From Gordius albopunctatus (taxonomy: Eukaryota): a stretch of 64,000 nucleotides of DNA. The DNA is taken from positions 20,646,001 through 20,710,000 of the forward strand of contig OZ193909.1 of the NCBI GenBank assembly GCA_964276515.1. Direction: 5' to 3'. The first letter of the stretch is position 1. Every line of letters starts with the position of its first letter. The translations under genes and the position numbers were made by a program. This document shows positions 12,901 through 26,394 of the stretch, one piece after another. Below the pieces are notes generated by a model, which was given only the letters and a program-made list of their open reading frames with translations, ran no database searches and was not told the DNA's origin.

Positions 12901-14061
12901 AGAGCAGATGTTAGTTCTAATATGTCATCAACTTCCTTTAATTCTATATTCAATTCACCTAGGAGACCAAATAAAAGCAAGGAGGGAAATTAAAATAAGA
13001 TAACATGTATTTTAATGTAATAGACATTTATTTTGATAAGTTAATGATGTTATAAAATGTAATATATTAAACAAATAGCCCAAAATTTTATCAAAAATTT
13101 TTAATTACCTAAGTATAGATATCTCAAAATCTTTGTAAGGCATTGGGGAAATGGCTGCAATATCAATATAGATATTTAATATATTTTTAAATAATTGATT
13201 ATAAAATTTTATCAATATTTAATTATATTTTGAAGATTTATAAGATAATTTAGATTATTTTGAGTAATTAAAAAATTAAATTGACAAAATTTCTTTATAA
13301 TTAATTAAAATTTAATAGAAAAATACCATTTTTGAATCAACTTTCTCATGCTTATCATTTTCTTCATTAACTTTTGTTAAGGATGCACAGTTTTTCAGGA
13401 ATAGATTATAGAAAAACCTTGATCTAGCTGCAAGGATACATTTATGAGACATTAAGGTATGTCCATCAGGATTTTCAATTGATTTTATGTCAGTTTGTTT
13501 TTCAGAAATAATATTTTGGCATTGAAACATTTGATTTCTAATATCTAGCATAATATCGGCACATATTTCATTTTCATACACTCTAAATTTAATAAAAATA
13601 AATCATTAGCAAGTTTAGAAATAATACTTTCTTAAAAACTCTTGATAAGGATCTCTTCTCATACAGTTAGATGTGACAATTTTATAATTTCGCAAAAGGT
13701 TTTTTATTGATGTAGTTAAAGCACCATATAAACACCTTTCACCTTGAAAAGTGTTCATCTCACATTTTGCTCCTATAACATGTAGTACTTTAAATTAAAA
13801 ATTTTATACCATTTTGCAACAGAAATTCAACTACATCATAATGTCTACATAGACAAGCATAATACCTGTCATGATAATAGATTTAAAAAATACAAATTTA
13901 AATTACAATGGTGTGCTATCAAAACTATCTTTTAAATTAGGATCAACATCTTTGTGGCTAAATAAATATCTTATTATTATAGAACACAATTGGAAAACTA
14001 GCTACTTAATTTTAAGCAGATCTCCATTTTTACAGCATTGAAAAAGTTTATTTATGTCCAT
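9947..14061 (-). CDS. ABTB1: Ankyrin repeat and BTB/POZ domain-containing protein 1, multi-exon
   Basis: MDINKLFQCCKNGDLLKIK|YLFSHKDVDPNLKDSFDSTPL|YYACLCRH..AKCEMNTFQGERCLYGALT. BTB motifs HKCILAARSRFF, FFVGRSEYFRALL, AADQFLLPGLKKVC. C-terminus RQETDSISIVDDVRYYI...LLDQLLTELGLEA*. Middle exon boundaries not all verified. Confidence 0.9.
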
Positions 14062-16629
14062 TAAAATTAAGGTGACATTTTTTGAAATTTAAGGATTTTA
14101 CCAGATGATTTTTCTAGACAATATGAATGCAGCCTAGAGCAGTTAGTAAAGAAAATCAGCTGGGAGATAACTGACAAAGTTATTTTGTTTTCCATTATCA
14201 AGTTCTTAAAAATAATGGGATTCATGAGTTAGAAAATTAAGGATGTATACTCCAAAAATTAATCGATCAAATTCAAAAGTAAGACATCTAAAAAACACTC
14301 ATGTTTTAAACTGAACAATAAATTTGTCTACCTTAATAAGTTTTTGATTTCTATTAATATGTTTATAAGCTAAAGAATTAGGGAAAAAATGGAAATAAAT
14401 CTTTAGCAAAAATATTAAATATAAGAAATAAGAGTTAAAAAATGTAAAATCTTTATGCTAGCTTTTTAATCGAATAAATTTTAGCATGTATAACACACTA
14501 TTGTTTGGAAATAAACGTCTACTATTTCTTAAAAACATTTCAAATAAATTAAACTAATCTAGGTAAAACAAAAACACATTTTGAGCCTTTTAACTCTAGG
14601 TGATTTTACCTTTTTTCCATCTATATAGATTCGTTTTCGTAGTATAGGATTCTAAACCCCCCCTCTAAAAACACCAAATTAAAAAAAAATTAATTGCATC
14701 AATAGGACACTTGTTCGGAGCTGATAGAAACAATTAATTTTCTTACTTTATTTGAAATTATATTTTAGATAATAAATTACCAATGCAAAATTTTTAAGCC
14801 CTAGTGAGTATATCAGACAAAGAAGCTATTGATTCTTAATTCCCTTAAAAAAAGATATTATTTTCCAAAACTAAAATATACAAACCAAATAAATATTAAT
14901 CGCGGTAATTAACAATTGAATTTTTCTAAATTTTTACCTTGCTGATTTAAACTTTATTTAAAAGGGATGCTCTTAGAAATTGAAAGCTTTAATACTAAGA
15001 GTAAAGAGTATGATATATTTTTAAAGCGCTTTGCATCTTCATAGATGCATACTTTTCTTAATTTACTTTAAAACTTTTCTTAGAAACTGAGTGTGATAAA
15101 TCCACTATAGAATTTGATGATCAAATTAAACCAAAAGTTAATATTCCTTATGGTTTGAAAACAAATAATTTTTAAATCTACGTTTAATCATGATATAACC
15201 AACTATAAAGCAAATGAAGTTGGCACGGCAAAGTTTAAATTGTAAAATTTCCCCTATAAACGTGCTGATTATGGCTGGGCTTTTTGTTTAAAAAAATTAA
15301 GGACTGGGCTGGAACGGGTTTTAAGTAACTAAACGGGCTCGGGTGGGACATAGCTATAGTAGGCCCACCCGACCATAAAAATTACTTAATCATGTTTTTG
15401 TATTTTAATAGTGGTTTTTATGCTTTATCAAATATTATTAATTGAAACCTTCCCTAAAGTTCCAATCATATTTGACATAAATGGTTTTATGCAGGTACAA
15501 GTTCTACTAGTGAAAGTTAAACGGCGGGTGGCTTGTTAAAAGAAATAAAAACTCGCTTGATTTAAACTTACTTTGTTTTTGAAAATTGCGAGCGTTAATA
15601 CTACTACAGAAAAGCGAACAATAAAATGAAATTAATTGGTCCTGAATGTATATGAAAATTTTGCAAAGATTTTGCACGCTTCATTCATGCATGCTTCATT
15701 CAAATTTACTTTAGAAATCTATTTTAGAAAATGAGTGTGTCAATTCCACCACAGAGGAGGTTTATAATCAAATTTGTCTAATAACTCTTTATAGTAAATT
15801 TACTATGTTTTAGATGATCATAACTATGCTAAAAGCAATAATGCTTCGTAAGGACAAAGTTAAAACTATTAAAATTAATTATAAAATCAAATATAAATTA
15901 TAACTTTCTTCTAGAATAAACACGTTGACTGTTACGCTGTTTTTTGATTGTTTTTACTGCTATCTAGCGGACGAGAGATACAACATTTTCGTATTTATTT
16001 ATTGTTATAGTGCTACCTACTGACTTAAAAGGTTTTCCAATATAGATTTGTCATTTGTGTCTCAATATTTTACTTAACTGATACTTTGAACGTCGCTGCC
16101 TGACATATACAAAGCTAATTCGATAAGCCGAGTATTCACTATGTTTATTTCTTCGCATGCTTTTAGTTAACGTCCGCGGTTTAACGTGTTTCCAGCATAA
16201 GTGGGCAACAGCGTTACACATCCGACTTTCCGTAGTGCAGACCAGCTATGACTTTATTAGAGCACTAGGTGTACCAGGTCACGTTGCTTTGGCATAGTCC
16301 TCAATAGAGATCTGCAGGGGCCAATATATTAAGTTGAGGCCCGGCCTAAACCCACACAGATATTTTCTTCGGGCCCGCAATAGCCTACACATTTAGCCAT
16401 GAAATTGCGTCACCAGACCCGGATTAATTTAAAAAATTTAATTTGTATACTAAGAAACGTTGTATCTAAAGTTACTAAAATTTACAATTTAAAATTGTGG
16501 TTTTAAAATAAAAATATTTTATTTAATTGGAACTTCATTTTGGTCCTTCCCTCTTTTATGAGACGAGTTACGTTACTAAATCATAATTCTCTACAAATTA
16601 TTAAATGTATTAAAATTTAAAATCCTAAA

Positions 16630-17260
16630 ATCACCTACGACGGTCACAAGTCGTGCAAAAAGTTGAAGGTTGGCGTCAGGTCGGAAAACGGCTATAAAAA
16701 CCAACTTCAATCATGATAATTTTAATTTCATAACAGAAAGCTAAGGCGTCCCACACAAACAACGCGCACTGCATACTCCACTCGTGCAACATAAAAATAC
16801 ACTAGGGTTACTATTACTACCCAACCGACAACGAAGGCCGTTAAGGAAATAAGTTATTGAGAATGCGAATAACATGCTGCTATGTGGGAACGTTTGGGAA
16901 ACAGCCTGAGGTTGTAAAAATTCTTTAAAAAAATGGCGAATGGTTCAAAGACAAGGTAGTAGAAGCTAAGCGTTGTTAAGATACGAGAAGATTGCAGATC
17001 AATGGGGCCTCCTAACCGTTATGTGCGTGTATGCTCCCCTAATCGGGTATATGAAATCAGACAATGCCAGATTCTTCGATTCATTGGAAATAAAATACAA
17101 GGAATGGGACATGAACAAAGCTCACGTAGAGGATTGCCTTGGGTACGAAAGAAATCATGGAGGCTGTCGGCAAGGTTTGAAGAACAAAGAAGGTGAAACA
17201 CTTCTCTAAGAATTCCAAGATGTCGATCGTTAACACCTATTACTGGAAAATCAAACCACA
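16630..17260 (+). mobile_element. RTE-clade LINE 5' fragment (APE endonuclease relic)
   Basis: Shares its 5' sequence with 31265 (CGACGGTCxCAAGTC..GGTTGGCGTCAGGTCGGAAA). Peptides VMCVYAP and GYERNHGG. Confidence 0.75.
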
Positions 17261-17443
17261 GTGATTTCCACTTAAACAGCAAGATTACCGAACATATTTG
17301 TAATGGTTATTATAAGAAACCATAGACACGCATTCTTAAATATGCTTGCGTTTACTAAAATAAATGGTAAGTGTAGCCTTAGCACGGATACTTTTTTTAA
17401 GTGTTTATAAAAATTGGAATAATATATGAGCTAAAATGATGTC

Positions 17444-17800
17444 ATGTCGAGATATGTATATGAATTTAAATTATGTGATAAGGTAACAATTTCTTTAGAA
17501 ATTATTATAAATAAATTATAGGAATCAAATATAGTTAAAAAATGTTTTATTACCAACTCCTACAATAAATCCTTATGCTCTAATGAGACAGTCAATTATA
17601 ACTTATGCAAACGTTTTTGGGTATAATTATAATATTTGCACATTTATGTAAACGTTTTGGACAAATTATAACCTTTATACACTGATGTTTAGGCAAACAT
17701 TATTAATGAAAGAATTAAAAATGGGACACAACCAATTGTACCATCTGAAGAGGAAAGATTTATTCTAAAAGAGAATTTAGTAAACAGTAGAAAGCCATAA
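17444..17800 (+). CDS. CHCHD7: CHCHD7/COX23-like twin CX9C protein, 3 exons, 81 aa
   Basis: Exons 17444-17482, 17522-17620, 17693-17800 with GT-AG introns. Protein MSRYVYEFKLCDKESNIVKKCFITNSYNKSLCSNETVNYNLCKRFWANIINERIKNGTQPIVPSEEERFILKENLVNSRKP*. It has two CX9C motifs and the CxRFW..R..NG..P..P...ER tail typical of CHCHD7. Confidence 0.88.
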
Positions 17801-18289
17801 TTGTACATATAAATTATTCTACTAATAAATCTTGGTGATAACTAATTATTTTAAACATTATTCAAAAAAATGTTATTTGTTAAGAAAAATAAAAGTTTTA
17901 GAATGGTGTCTCAGTTTCATATAAAATTTACAATTTGTGATAATTAATTGCATATTGTGAGCAAACCGTAAATATTAAAATTTTACATATAATTTATCTT
18001 GGTTTAAAAACAATTATATTGTCAATTTGTACAATATCAGATCCAATACAAATCAATCCATGGTATATATTAATTAGTATGATCACTAAATTTATTTGCA
18101 TTAAAAATTTAATAAAATCTGTCACCCCCAAATGGATATCCCCCAATCTCAAGTTATTTTATAGTCATCATTATAAATTGTGGAATAAAATGTGTGTGTG
18201 TGTAATATAATAGTAAGTTTACATACAAAAATTTGGGGATGTCATAATCTATGGGTGTGTGCTGAGTTAAAGGAATATTCTTAAGAAGT

Positions 18290-18860
18290 TTTACCATGTC
18301 TTCATCAGTTCCCATGTGTGAGTGTCAGCATGGGACCATATCCTTGAGGGAAGATTGGCTGGATTTTTGGTGGTAGTTATTAAAACATGGTCATTCCAAT
18401 AGATTCAATGATTTTACTTAAGGCTTCCTTCAGATGTGCTGCATGAGCAGAACCGTTTTTGTAGATGTAGAATGCAGTTTAAAAGTCTGTACAAATCTTG
18501 GGGGTAACATGTGTGAATTCACCAATTGCTGTAAGTAAGGCCAAAAGGATAGCAAGTAACTCAATAGCTTTTGGTTGACGTATAAATTTCTGGCAACCAA
18601 ATAGTGGGAGAGCTTTAGGAATTTAGATGGGCATCAACTTTCCTCGAAGAAGATACCACTACGTGAGATGGAAGTATCTGCAGAGGCCACATGATTTGGA
18701 GTGATTTCTAATGGGAATGGAAAAGTGAGAACCTCTTGCAGGTTTAACGATTTCTTGATTGGCCAACATGAATTGAAAGGGGGAGGGTTGTTACGCAAAA
18801 AACGATTTTACCATGAATATATGCACCTGCTCCATCATAAGAAGACATACTTGTACTACC
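18290..18860 (-). mobile_element. Possible RNase H relic of a non-LTR element
   Basis: Broken peptides DGAGAYIH and AIELLAILLALL resemble RNase H motifs. Heavily degraded. Confidence 0.3.
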
Positions 18861-18937
18861 AGGGGAGAAGTTTATCATTTGAATTGCAGTATTTATTTTA
18901 GAGAAGAACTTATCATTAATGGTTAGAGTGTGATTGG

Positions 18938-19138
18938 TAGAGTTGTTAAATTGCTAACTTTCTTTAAACTTCAGACGCGAGCACGCACTTTGAGTTGCTT
19001 AATATGCGCGTTAGCACAATATGTGCTCGCTGTTTGGTGCACTAGGCAGAGCAGTAGCATAAAAAAATGCTCGAGGGCCGAGCAGAAACTCGAGCAGATG
19101 GTAGCTGGAGTTTAAGAAAGTTAGCAATTTAACAACTA
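18938..19138. mobile_element. 201-bp hAT MITE
   Basis: TIR TAG(AG)TTGTTAAATTGCTAACTTTC at both ends and a perfect TSD GTGATTGG. Confidence 0.9.
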
Positions 19139-19220
19139 GTGATTGGGTAGATTTATGTTAATGCCCAAATATGACAATTTTTTTGATAATTAATACTACT
19201 AAACAAAATTTTATTAAAAT

Positions 19221-19500
19221 TATATACATGAGTGGTGTGGTGTTGCGTCCTATACCTCGCGGAGGTGTTGCGTCAATTAACGTAATTGTCTCATTTACAT
19301 TACCTTACTACTTCACGACGTTAATTGACCAATCAACCATACCTGGCGGAGACACCACTAAATTGATTTATTTATACCTCGCGTAATTGATTTATTTATA
19401 GACACCACTAAACTTGATTGATTTATTCAATTAATTCACGAGTATATAAAAGAGTTTAAAACTCTTTTTACTCACTTACTTTTCTTCCAACGATTTAATT
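19221..19500. repeat. Dispersed repeat, possibly LTR-derived, with an inverted copy at ~38060-38225
   Basis: CTCATTTACATTACCTTACTACTTCACGACG..ATTGACCAATCAA occurs reverse-complemented near 38165-38215. Confidence 0.6.
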
Positions 19501-19997
19501 TATATTATACAATAAAGTAATTATACTTTATCCTAACTAATAAACTAGCCCGAAATTAGTGACCCCGCTCGGGGGAGCCCATTTTTTTTTAAACTCCCCC
19601 TGAATGCGCCTTTAAACAACAACAACGTCTGCCGAACGCCCAACCAATGTTTTGCGCATGGCCCATCACAAAAACGATAACGCCACATGGCCTCTTGCAA
19701 CGAGCAAAGACTACGTTCGGCAAAGCGATACCACGACATGGTCTCTTGCAACGAGCAAAGACTACGTTCGACAAAACGAACAACCTACTACCAATGTTCT
19801 CACCACCGCTTACCGGTTTAGTTGATGACCGATTGCAATTCCAATATAGATACCTCTGCCCGCGGCATGGATCTTATTAATATATTGGATAGCATCACAA
19901 CAACATACACGCAACTCACACCTCGGTCACCTCACTAACAACCACGGTAGGCGGAGACAAAACTGGCTGGTAGTACGAACATCCTTTAATTTTGGAA

Positions 19998-21039
19998 GTC
20001 GGATCGGATCAACATTTTATTTTAGTCGGATCGGATTTTCAAATTTAAAATAAACAATAATAAGTTCTAATTAATTAAATTAATAATTTTTAGTAAACCT
20101 TTTCATAATTATCTTTGCATTGTTTTTTTACTTTACCATTTTTGATGCCCAATATCACCTTACTTACCCTAACATATTTATCAGTATTTCCCTAGCATTT
20201 TCCCCTAGCTAGACTTTGTTGTTTGGCGAGAAAGGAGCTAGTGTCAATGATAAATCAGCATCTCCCGTTTCCTTTTTAGCACACGCATCTCTTTCTATCT
20301 CGACTCAACTCCGAAAATCATCAATCACAATCTCCCCTTTCCTTAAAGCACACGCATAGCTCCTTTCTATTGTTTATCATATTAAAATCCGTCATGGAAG
20401 TAATAATAAAAAAATTTAAAAGAAATATGCTTTAACAAGTTAAAAAAGAAGACGGAAAAAGTCAAATTTGGAGTTACTTTGACCTTCTAAATAAATGTAA
20501 ATGATACATACACCGGTTATGTTATCTGCAAGAAATGCCATCATATCTACACATATAATTCCATTCGAGGTAGTTCCCATCTTTTGCATCATAAATGTAT
20601 TCCAAAAACTTCAACTAAAAATACAATTGACAAATTTAATACCAAACCTCTCGCTGAAATCACAAAATTAAAATTTTTTTTTGAAAAGCATCTAATTTAT
20701 TTTATTTCAGAAGATATTGGACCGTTTTCAATCGTTAACGAGATTCTTTATTATTTTTATATGATAATATGGAATTAGTCAAATAAAATTTTATATTTAT
20801 TTCAGGTCTATTAAAATTGCTATACCTTATTTTTATGTATTTTGAATTTAATCATCAATAAAAAGTTTTGTTCGTAAAATTTTAATTTAAAAGTTTCGGA
20901 TCGGATCAAATTTAGATTTTAAAAAACTCGAATCGAATAGGATCGGATTTAGATTTTAAAATACTCGGATCGGATGGATATAAAATTTTTCAAAAACCCT
21001 CGGATCGGATCAAAAAAATTTGATCCATGCACACCTCTA
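19998..21039 (+). mobile_element. Internally deleted hAT element with BED zinc-finger relic
   Basis: TCGGATCGGA subterminal repeats at both ends and right terminus TGCACACCTCTA. Peptides KSQIWSYF, VICKKCHHIYTYNSIRGSSHLLHHKC and EDIGPFSIVNE. Confidence 0.75.
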
Positions 21040-22799
21040 AGGCACAATTACCCTTAGGGGAATATTTTGTGTCAAACTATTTTGGTAAACAAAACTAAAT
21101 TAAAATTATATGCATTCAATATCAACCCATAGACTACACAGGCTGCTCATGTCATTGTACCATTAAATCCACTGGTGCCTTATCAACTCTCTGAAAACCA
21201 TCTTGCCGAATTCACCCTGGGAAATTAACTAACATCTCTCAATTATCATAAAGAAGGCCCTAAATTGAGTACCTTTTATAATAATTATTAAATATTAACT
21301 CTAATCCCAAATTGGATGATTAATATGCATTTTTGTTGGGTGACATTTTTTAACATTCTAATATTCAATTCGGTAAGATCGTTTTCGGCAAGTTGACGGA
21401 CCACCAAATCCACCATTTTGAATTTAACTATCTCTCATGTCTTTCTGCAGTGTGTGTGTGCCCCATTGTTAAACATAAAAAGTGAATTTAATTAGTTAAA
21501 AAATTCTAAAAAGAATTTTAATAAATGATTAATTAATAGATACAAACACCCGCTTTTATATTCCTCGAATGTTGACACGTCGTTTTTATAATGTTCTTAC
21601 GTTCAAATAAACAACATATAAAAAAAAATCCTCTCACTTCAGCCGAGCCACTAAAAATTTCAAAATTCTCCAAACTTAACAATACTATAATATTTTGTCC
21701 CATTGGGACAACATAACCACTCTCAGAACCTTTGGCACCAAGCCTAAAAATATTTAAAAAATACGTGAATGTATGTTTTTACTATACCATGATAATCGCG
21801 AATCGCTTTTTATAAGAAAGAAAATTGGCATTACTATCTGTAAATATATTTCATTAACAAAATCGGAATGTTTTCCAAATATTTATAATTCTTAATTTTT
21901 TATTTGTTTTTTGATATTCTCAAAATATGTATTTTTCTAGAATGAAAGTGGCAGAAAAATTGCTTGAACATCACAGTAATTTTTTTTCGTTTTAAAAACA
22001 CTTTAATTAACCAAAACTACTATAATCTATATTTTCTTCCCTTATATGTGCGCATTTCTAAATGACGGAAAAATGGTTCAATTATTTAAAGTTAATGAGC
22101 AGTCTATGTATCTACCATGGGTTTTTGATGAACAATGCGTTAATGAAAATTTCAGTAATATGTTTTTACTTAGAAAACGCATCAACAGTTAAATTATTTA
22201 TTTTTTGTGGCCCAATTCGATTTAAAAATTGAGTCGAGATCGAGACGAGAATTTTGACCTCAAGACGAGACGAAATTTGACATTCGAGATCTCGGCTTAC
22301 AATTTTTCATTGACCATCATAATCATATATACTTAATTTAGTTTACATTTGGATGATTCACATATAAAATGTTAATTTCAATTAAATATAATTGGGATTC
22401 CTTTAATATTGGATATTTGTAAACTACAGGTTTAAACATTAAATCTGTATCCGCTTAAAATATTAATACATATTTTTATCCTGAACATTAATATAATATG
22501 AACATAAATGAGTTCTGATAAAGTAGTAAGAGTTACTAAAGCATCTTCAAATTTCGCAACTATTCCACCATTCCGTCTGATAACATTACATTTTGAATAA
22601 TTAATTAAACAAAATATTTATATAAATTTGGCTAAAATGTCTAACTATTTATTTTGCACACCGGCGATTTTGTTACGGCCCGGCTCTATTTGCCTCTCGA
22701 TATTATTGATACTCCCCCTACTTTTTTGATTAATGCCACCGTCTATATAGAATTTTTTTCCTTTCGAAAAAATTCTTAATCGTTTAATTTTACTACCAT

Positions 22800-23780
22800 A
22801 CTTACCTATTCATAGCTTTGGCTCTTTTGGTCTGTCCTAGAACCCAAATCGCCGTTTCCTTAACTGCAGTTAGCGTCTTCCAATCGTCGTATACTCCCTT
22901 TCCAATCTCTCAGCACTCAAGAATATGGAAGCTTTCTCATGGTATTTATCGTTCTCGACATATCCTTTAGCCTTTTAGATCGAATTCGAGGTTCAGAAAC
23001 CTATCTTCTTTCGGGATATAGGTTCCTTTGAGATCCATAACGTGGACGATGTTATCTGGCAATTACTTCTCCCGCTATCCTTTTGTAATCCTTGATCCTC
23101 CATAAATCCTTTAGCCATGTGAGTATAGTCAATATGACTAAATTCTCACATCTATTGGTACAAAATTCTCGTTTTTGCAAATAGGTTTTTGTCGTATGCT
23201 TGACATACTTGGAAATCAGGTCTAAGATTTCGTTCATACCCAAGGCAAACTTCCTGTGTGGGCATTGAAGACCCCATAATTGGCTTCCTTTTCTCTCCTA
23301 TTTTTTCGATTTATCTTTCCAATGAATTGAACAATATGTCTATCACTGAGTCCATACATCCAATTTGCAGACCAAACGCGCACATAACTGTTAGGAGGTC
23401 TCTTTAATCTGCAATTTTCAGCAACATCAACCTGTCTATCAACACTTGACTTCCACAACCTTTCTTTTAACGATTTGCTTAGATACCGACCCCGTTTCTA
23501 CCATTAGGTAACACATTGTAGAATAGCTTGTATCCCCTTACTAACTCTCGAGCTTGGGTTCCCTTCCACCTGATCTCTTATGGGCAGGCGATGTATATCT
23601 TTCTTCTTTTTAACATTTGAGACAACGTGCCCACATTCAACACGTTATTAGCGATCTATCCGTAGCTAACTTTCTTAGAGGTCTCCGTTGTGAGTCAGGC
23701 AGTAACTTGGTATATTTTCTAAATGGAACCGACGGGAGATGCAATGAGCATCGTTTGTGGCGGACGCCCTAACTTTCTAT
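22800..23780 (-). mobile_element. RTE LINE fragment
   Basis: Reverse-complement homolog of 31400-32570 (IKDYKRIAGEVIAR vs IKDCKVIGGEEIAR). Confidence 0.8.
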
Positions 23781-24419
23781 TGTATTGTGTTATTTGAAAA
23801 TTTTTTTGAATTTTAGACTTCACGAATGCAAAAATCTAATTTAAAAGATACAGCCCATTTCATTTTTGTTGTATATTCATTTTCAACTTTGTACTCGAAG
23901 ATGGGCCTCGAAGCTTTGGGTTTCTTTCTTTCTTAATCCTTTTTCAGCCATACTGTTACTAAACATCATATCAATGGGTATCTTTGACTAGTCAACTTCG
24001 ATGCTAAGAAGTGTTAAGAATAGATTAAATAATACAAAAACTTAATCAGTGCTAATCTCATACACCAAGATAAGATTCAGCATTTTTGGCACTAGACCCT
24101 CACTGAGGAAATAAAGAAAGGGCGATATTTTTATTTGAACTGACAAAAGTAGGCAAATATTTTTATAAATTACAATTTTATCATGATTAATGTAGTAAGG
24201 ATTCACCCAAAAAAGAAGAAAACTCTCTATAGTCAGAGGCATAATAAAAAAATGTTACAGTGTTATTAGGTATATATAGAGAAAAAGAGAGCTGTGAGCA
24301 ATGGGTTAGTCTAAACCCTTTAGTGTAAAATTTGTATTATACCAAGGACATACTAAACCGTAAACTATTACAATAAAACTAGGGTCGGTTTGCCATTCAC
24401 TACCAAAATGCGATCGCCC

Positions 24420-24960
24420 CCCTCCCCTCAATATTTAGGTTAGGCCCACCGTTTTCTATCCAATTATTGTCCAATTTAGAGCTTATCATCATAACTGCTC
24501 AGAGTGTCGAGAGTGCCGTTTTCAAGGTGCCCAAATATAGTGCGAACTACAAGAGCATGCGAATTTCCGAACAGGGCGGCCAATGCTTCGTCAATATTTG
24601 TGATAGGGTTGAGGATGACGTATCTTCTAGTTTGAACACCTCCACCCATCATGTCCCTTTGTCTACCATTACAAATTGCAATCTGTCTCGCAGTGGGCCA
24701 AATAAATCCAAGTGCAGCTGGGTCCAAGGCTTTAGACTTTGTTCACACTCGATCAAGGGCGCTCTTTTGCTGCTGCGGCCATGAGTTGCACGCCCTGAAA
24801 CTTTTCGCTAGGTTTATAATGTTCAGGTGTTGACCACCACAGATACCCGCTACCTGTTGCATACCCTTTACGCCTACGTCCAGTTTCTCAATTTGTCTGG
24901 AACTACTACCACCCGAGCTCTTGTAAATTACAAGATCATTCTACTCAAGTAGGTGAATTA
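24420..24960 (-). mobile_element. Gypsy integrase fragment
   Basis: Homologous to the integrase at 42400-42800 (HLDLFGP..ICNG region and Zn-finger relic). Confidence 0.7.
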
Positions 24961-25762
24961 CTACTAATAATCCACCCAAACAATATAATTTAATGTGTAC
25001 AGGAGCAAAAATATTTGAGATCGGTCCATGATGGCACATATAACAGCAATGATAATACAATTATAAAATTTTATATTTCTATTTTAAGTTCATATATAGA
25101 GCATGAGAAATTTATAGTAGATGACCATCTTTTTTCAATTAAGGTTAGTATAGTATATTTAAAAAAATGTTCTAGGAGTAATTTAAATCCTTTAAGGGCA
25201 AACATTAAAATGCGATTTTATGCCAATTGTAACGAATTCTTTAGAGATTTAGCAGCTCTACAAAACACCGACACTTGGGCAGAGTTTTTAATAGTAACGC
25301 AGTATATGAGAAAGGTAAAAAAGAGTGATCTACATACTCAAACATATAAGCTCTACGTTTTGAAGTATAATATTCTACAAAAGGCTACAAAATATCGTAT
25401 TAGTGCAGGCACTTAGATATTTTTATTTAAAAGAAATATAACGATAAATTTATTTAAATAGTTTTTAACGTTTAAAGTATTTATTTAATTTAAATATTAA
25501 GATAAATTTGATACGTTTTTAGCTGCGAATAAAAGAACAGATTAATTGAAAACAAATTTGTATAAAATGAATAAAATTTTCGTTAAACAAAAATTAACTC
25601 CATAAAAACATAAAATAAAATAATAAATAGCCTTTTTTAAGTAAATAGGTTGTGTTTAGTAATTTTATTTTACTTGTTGCATACATTAATAAAATCTTGA
25701 CATAATACAAATCGATAAAATTCTATATAGAATCTTTCTTTCTAAACTTGCTTATCAATTTG

Positions 25763-25985
25763 ATGTTGACATTATTTCACGCCATTAAAGGCATTTTGTC
25801 ATACTTGAGGGCGACTCTAGTTCAAAATCCTCATGATTATTGCTTATGGGCTTATGAAAACTTACAAAGTGCAGATAAAGAGCAAAATGAAATGTTGAAA
25901 ATGTGTTTGACCCGGGAAGTTTTGGATCAATTAATCGATTTAAAAACAGAGAATGGAGCAACTCTAGCTGACTGCATAAAAATTG
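25763..25985 (+). CDS. Alternative (paralogous) first coding exon of arginine kinase
   Basis: MLTLFHAIKGILSYLRATLVQNPHDYCLWAYENLQSADKEQNEMLKMCLTREVLDQLIDLKTENGATLADCIKIG. Donor G|GTAA at 25985 is phase 1, the same position and phase as the main exon 1. The start codon is uncertain. Confidence 0.7.
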
Positions 25986-26140
25986 GTAAAACTTTACATC
26001 AATTTTAATAAAATGTTTGAAATTAAATTCATGCAAATTATCTCTTTTATAAAAACGGAGTAAAAAATAGGAATCTTTTATAAAATGTACAAAACTTTTT
26101 TAACAATTAATTGAAGAATATTTTTAATATGCTCTATGAG

Positions 26141-26394
26141 TAGAGCCCTGCACGGGCCGCCCGAAGCCTGTCCCGAGAAAGTTTTGAGTCTGGCTTGGGC
26201 ATAATTAAAGAAATTAATCGGGCATCGGGAATCGCAATCAATAAAATTCAATATATACATAAGATAAAATAATTTTCCTAAACCTTTGATTAAAAATAGG
26301 GTCGGGATCTTGTCGGGCTAAAGTATAAAATGCATTTTTGAGTTTAGCAGATTAAAAAACAATGTCCTTAAAAGGTTCATTTTGAAGGGCTCTA
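26141..26394. mobile_element. hAT MITE (TAGAGCCCT family)
   Basis: TAGAGCCCT...AGGGCTCTA termini and a perfect TSD TCTATGAG. Confidence 0.9.

Noticed and set aside
14067..14225. 52-codon minus-strand ORF ending just before the ABTB1 ATG
   Set aside because: No recognisable family; could be chance, so a second bicistronic pair is not supported.
16085..16420. GC-richer island as an ncRNA
   Set aside because: No recognisable RNA family motif or convincing structure.
25015..25416. 133-aa ORF as an upstream arginine kinase exon
   Set aside because: Its best donor (AAG|GTAAAA) is phase 0 and does not fit the phase-1 acceptors of the alternative exon. No homology recognised.
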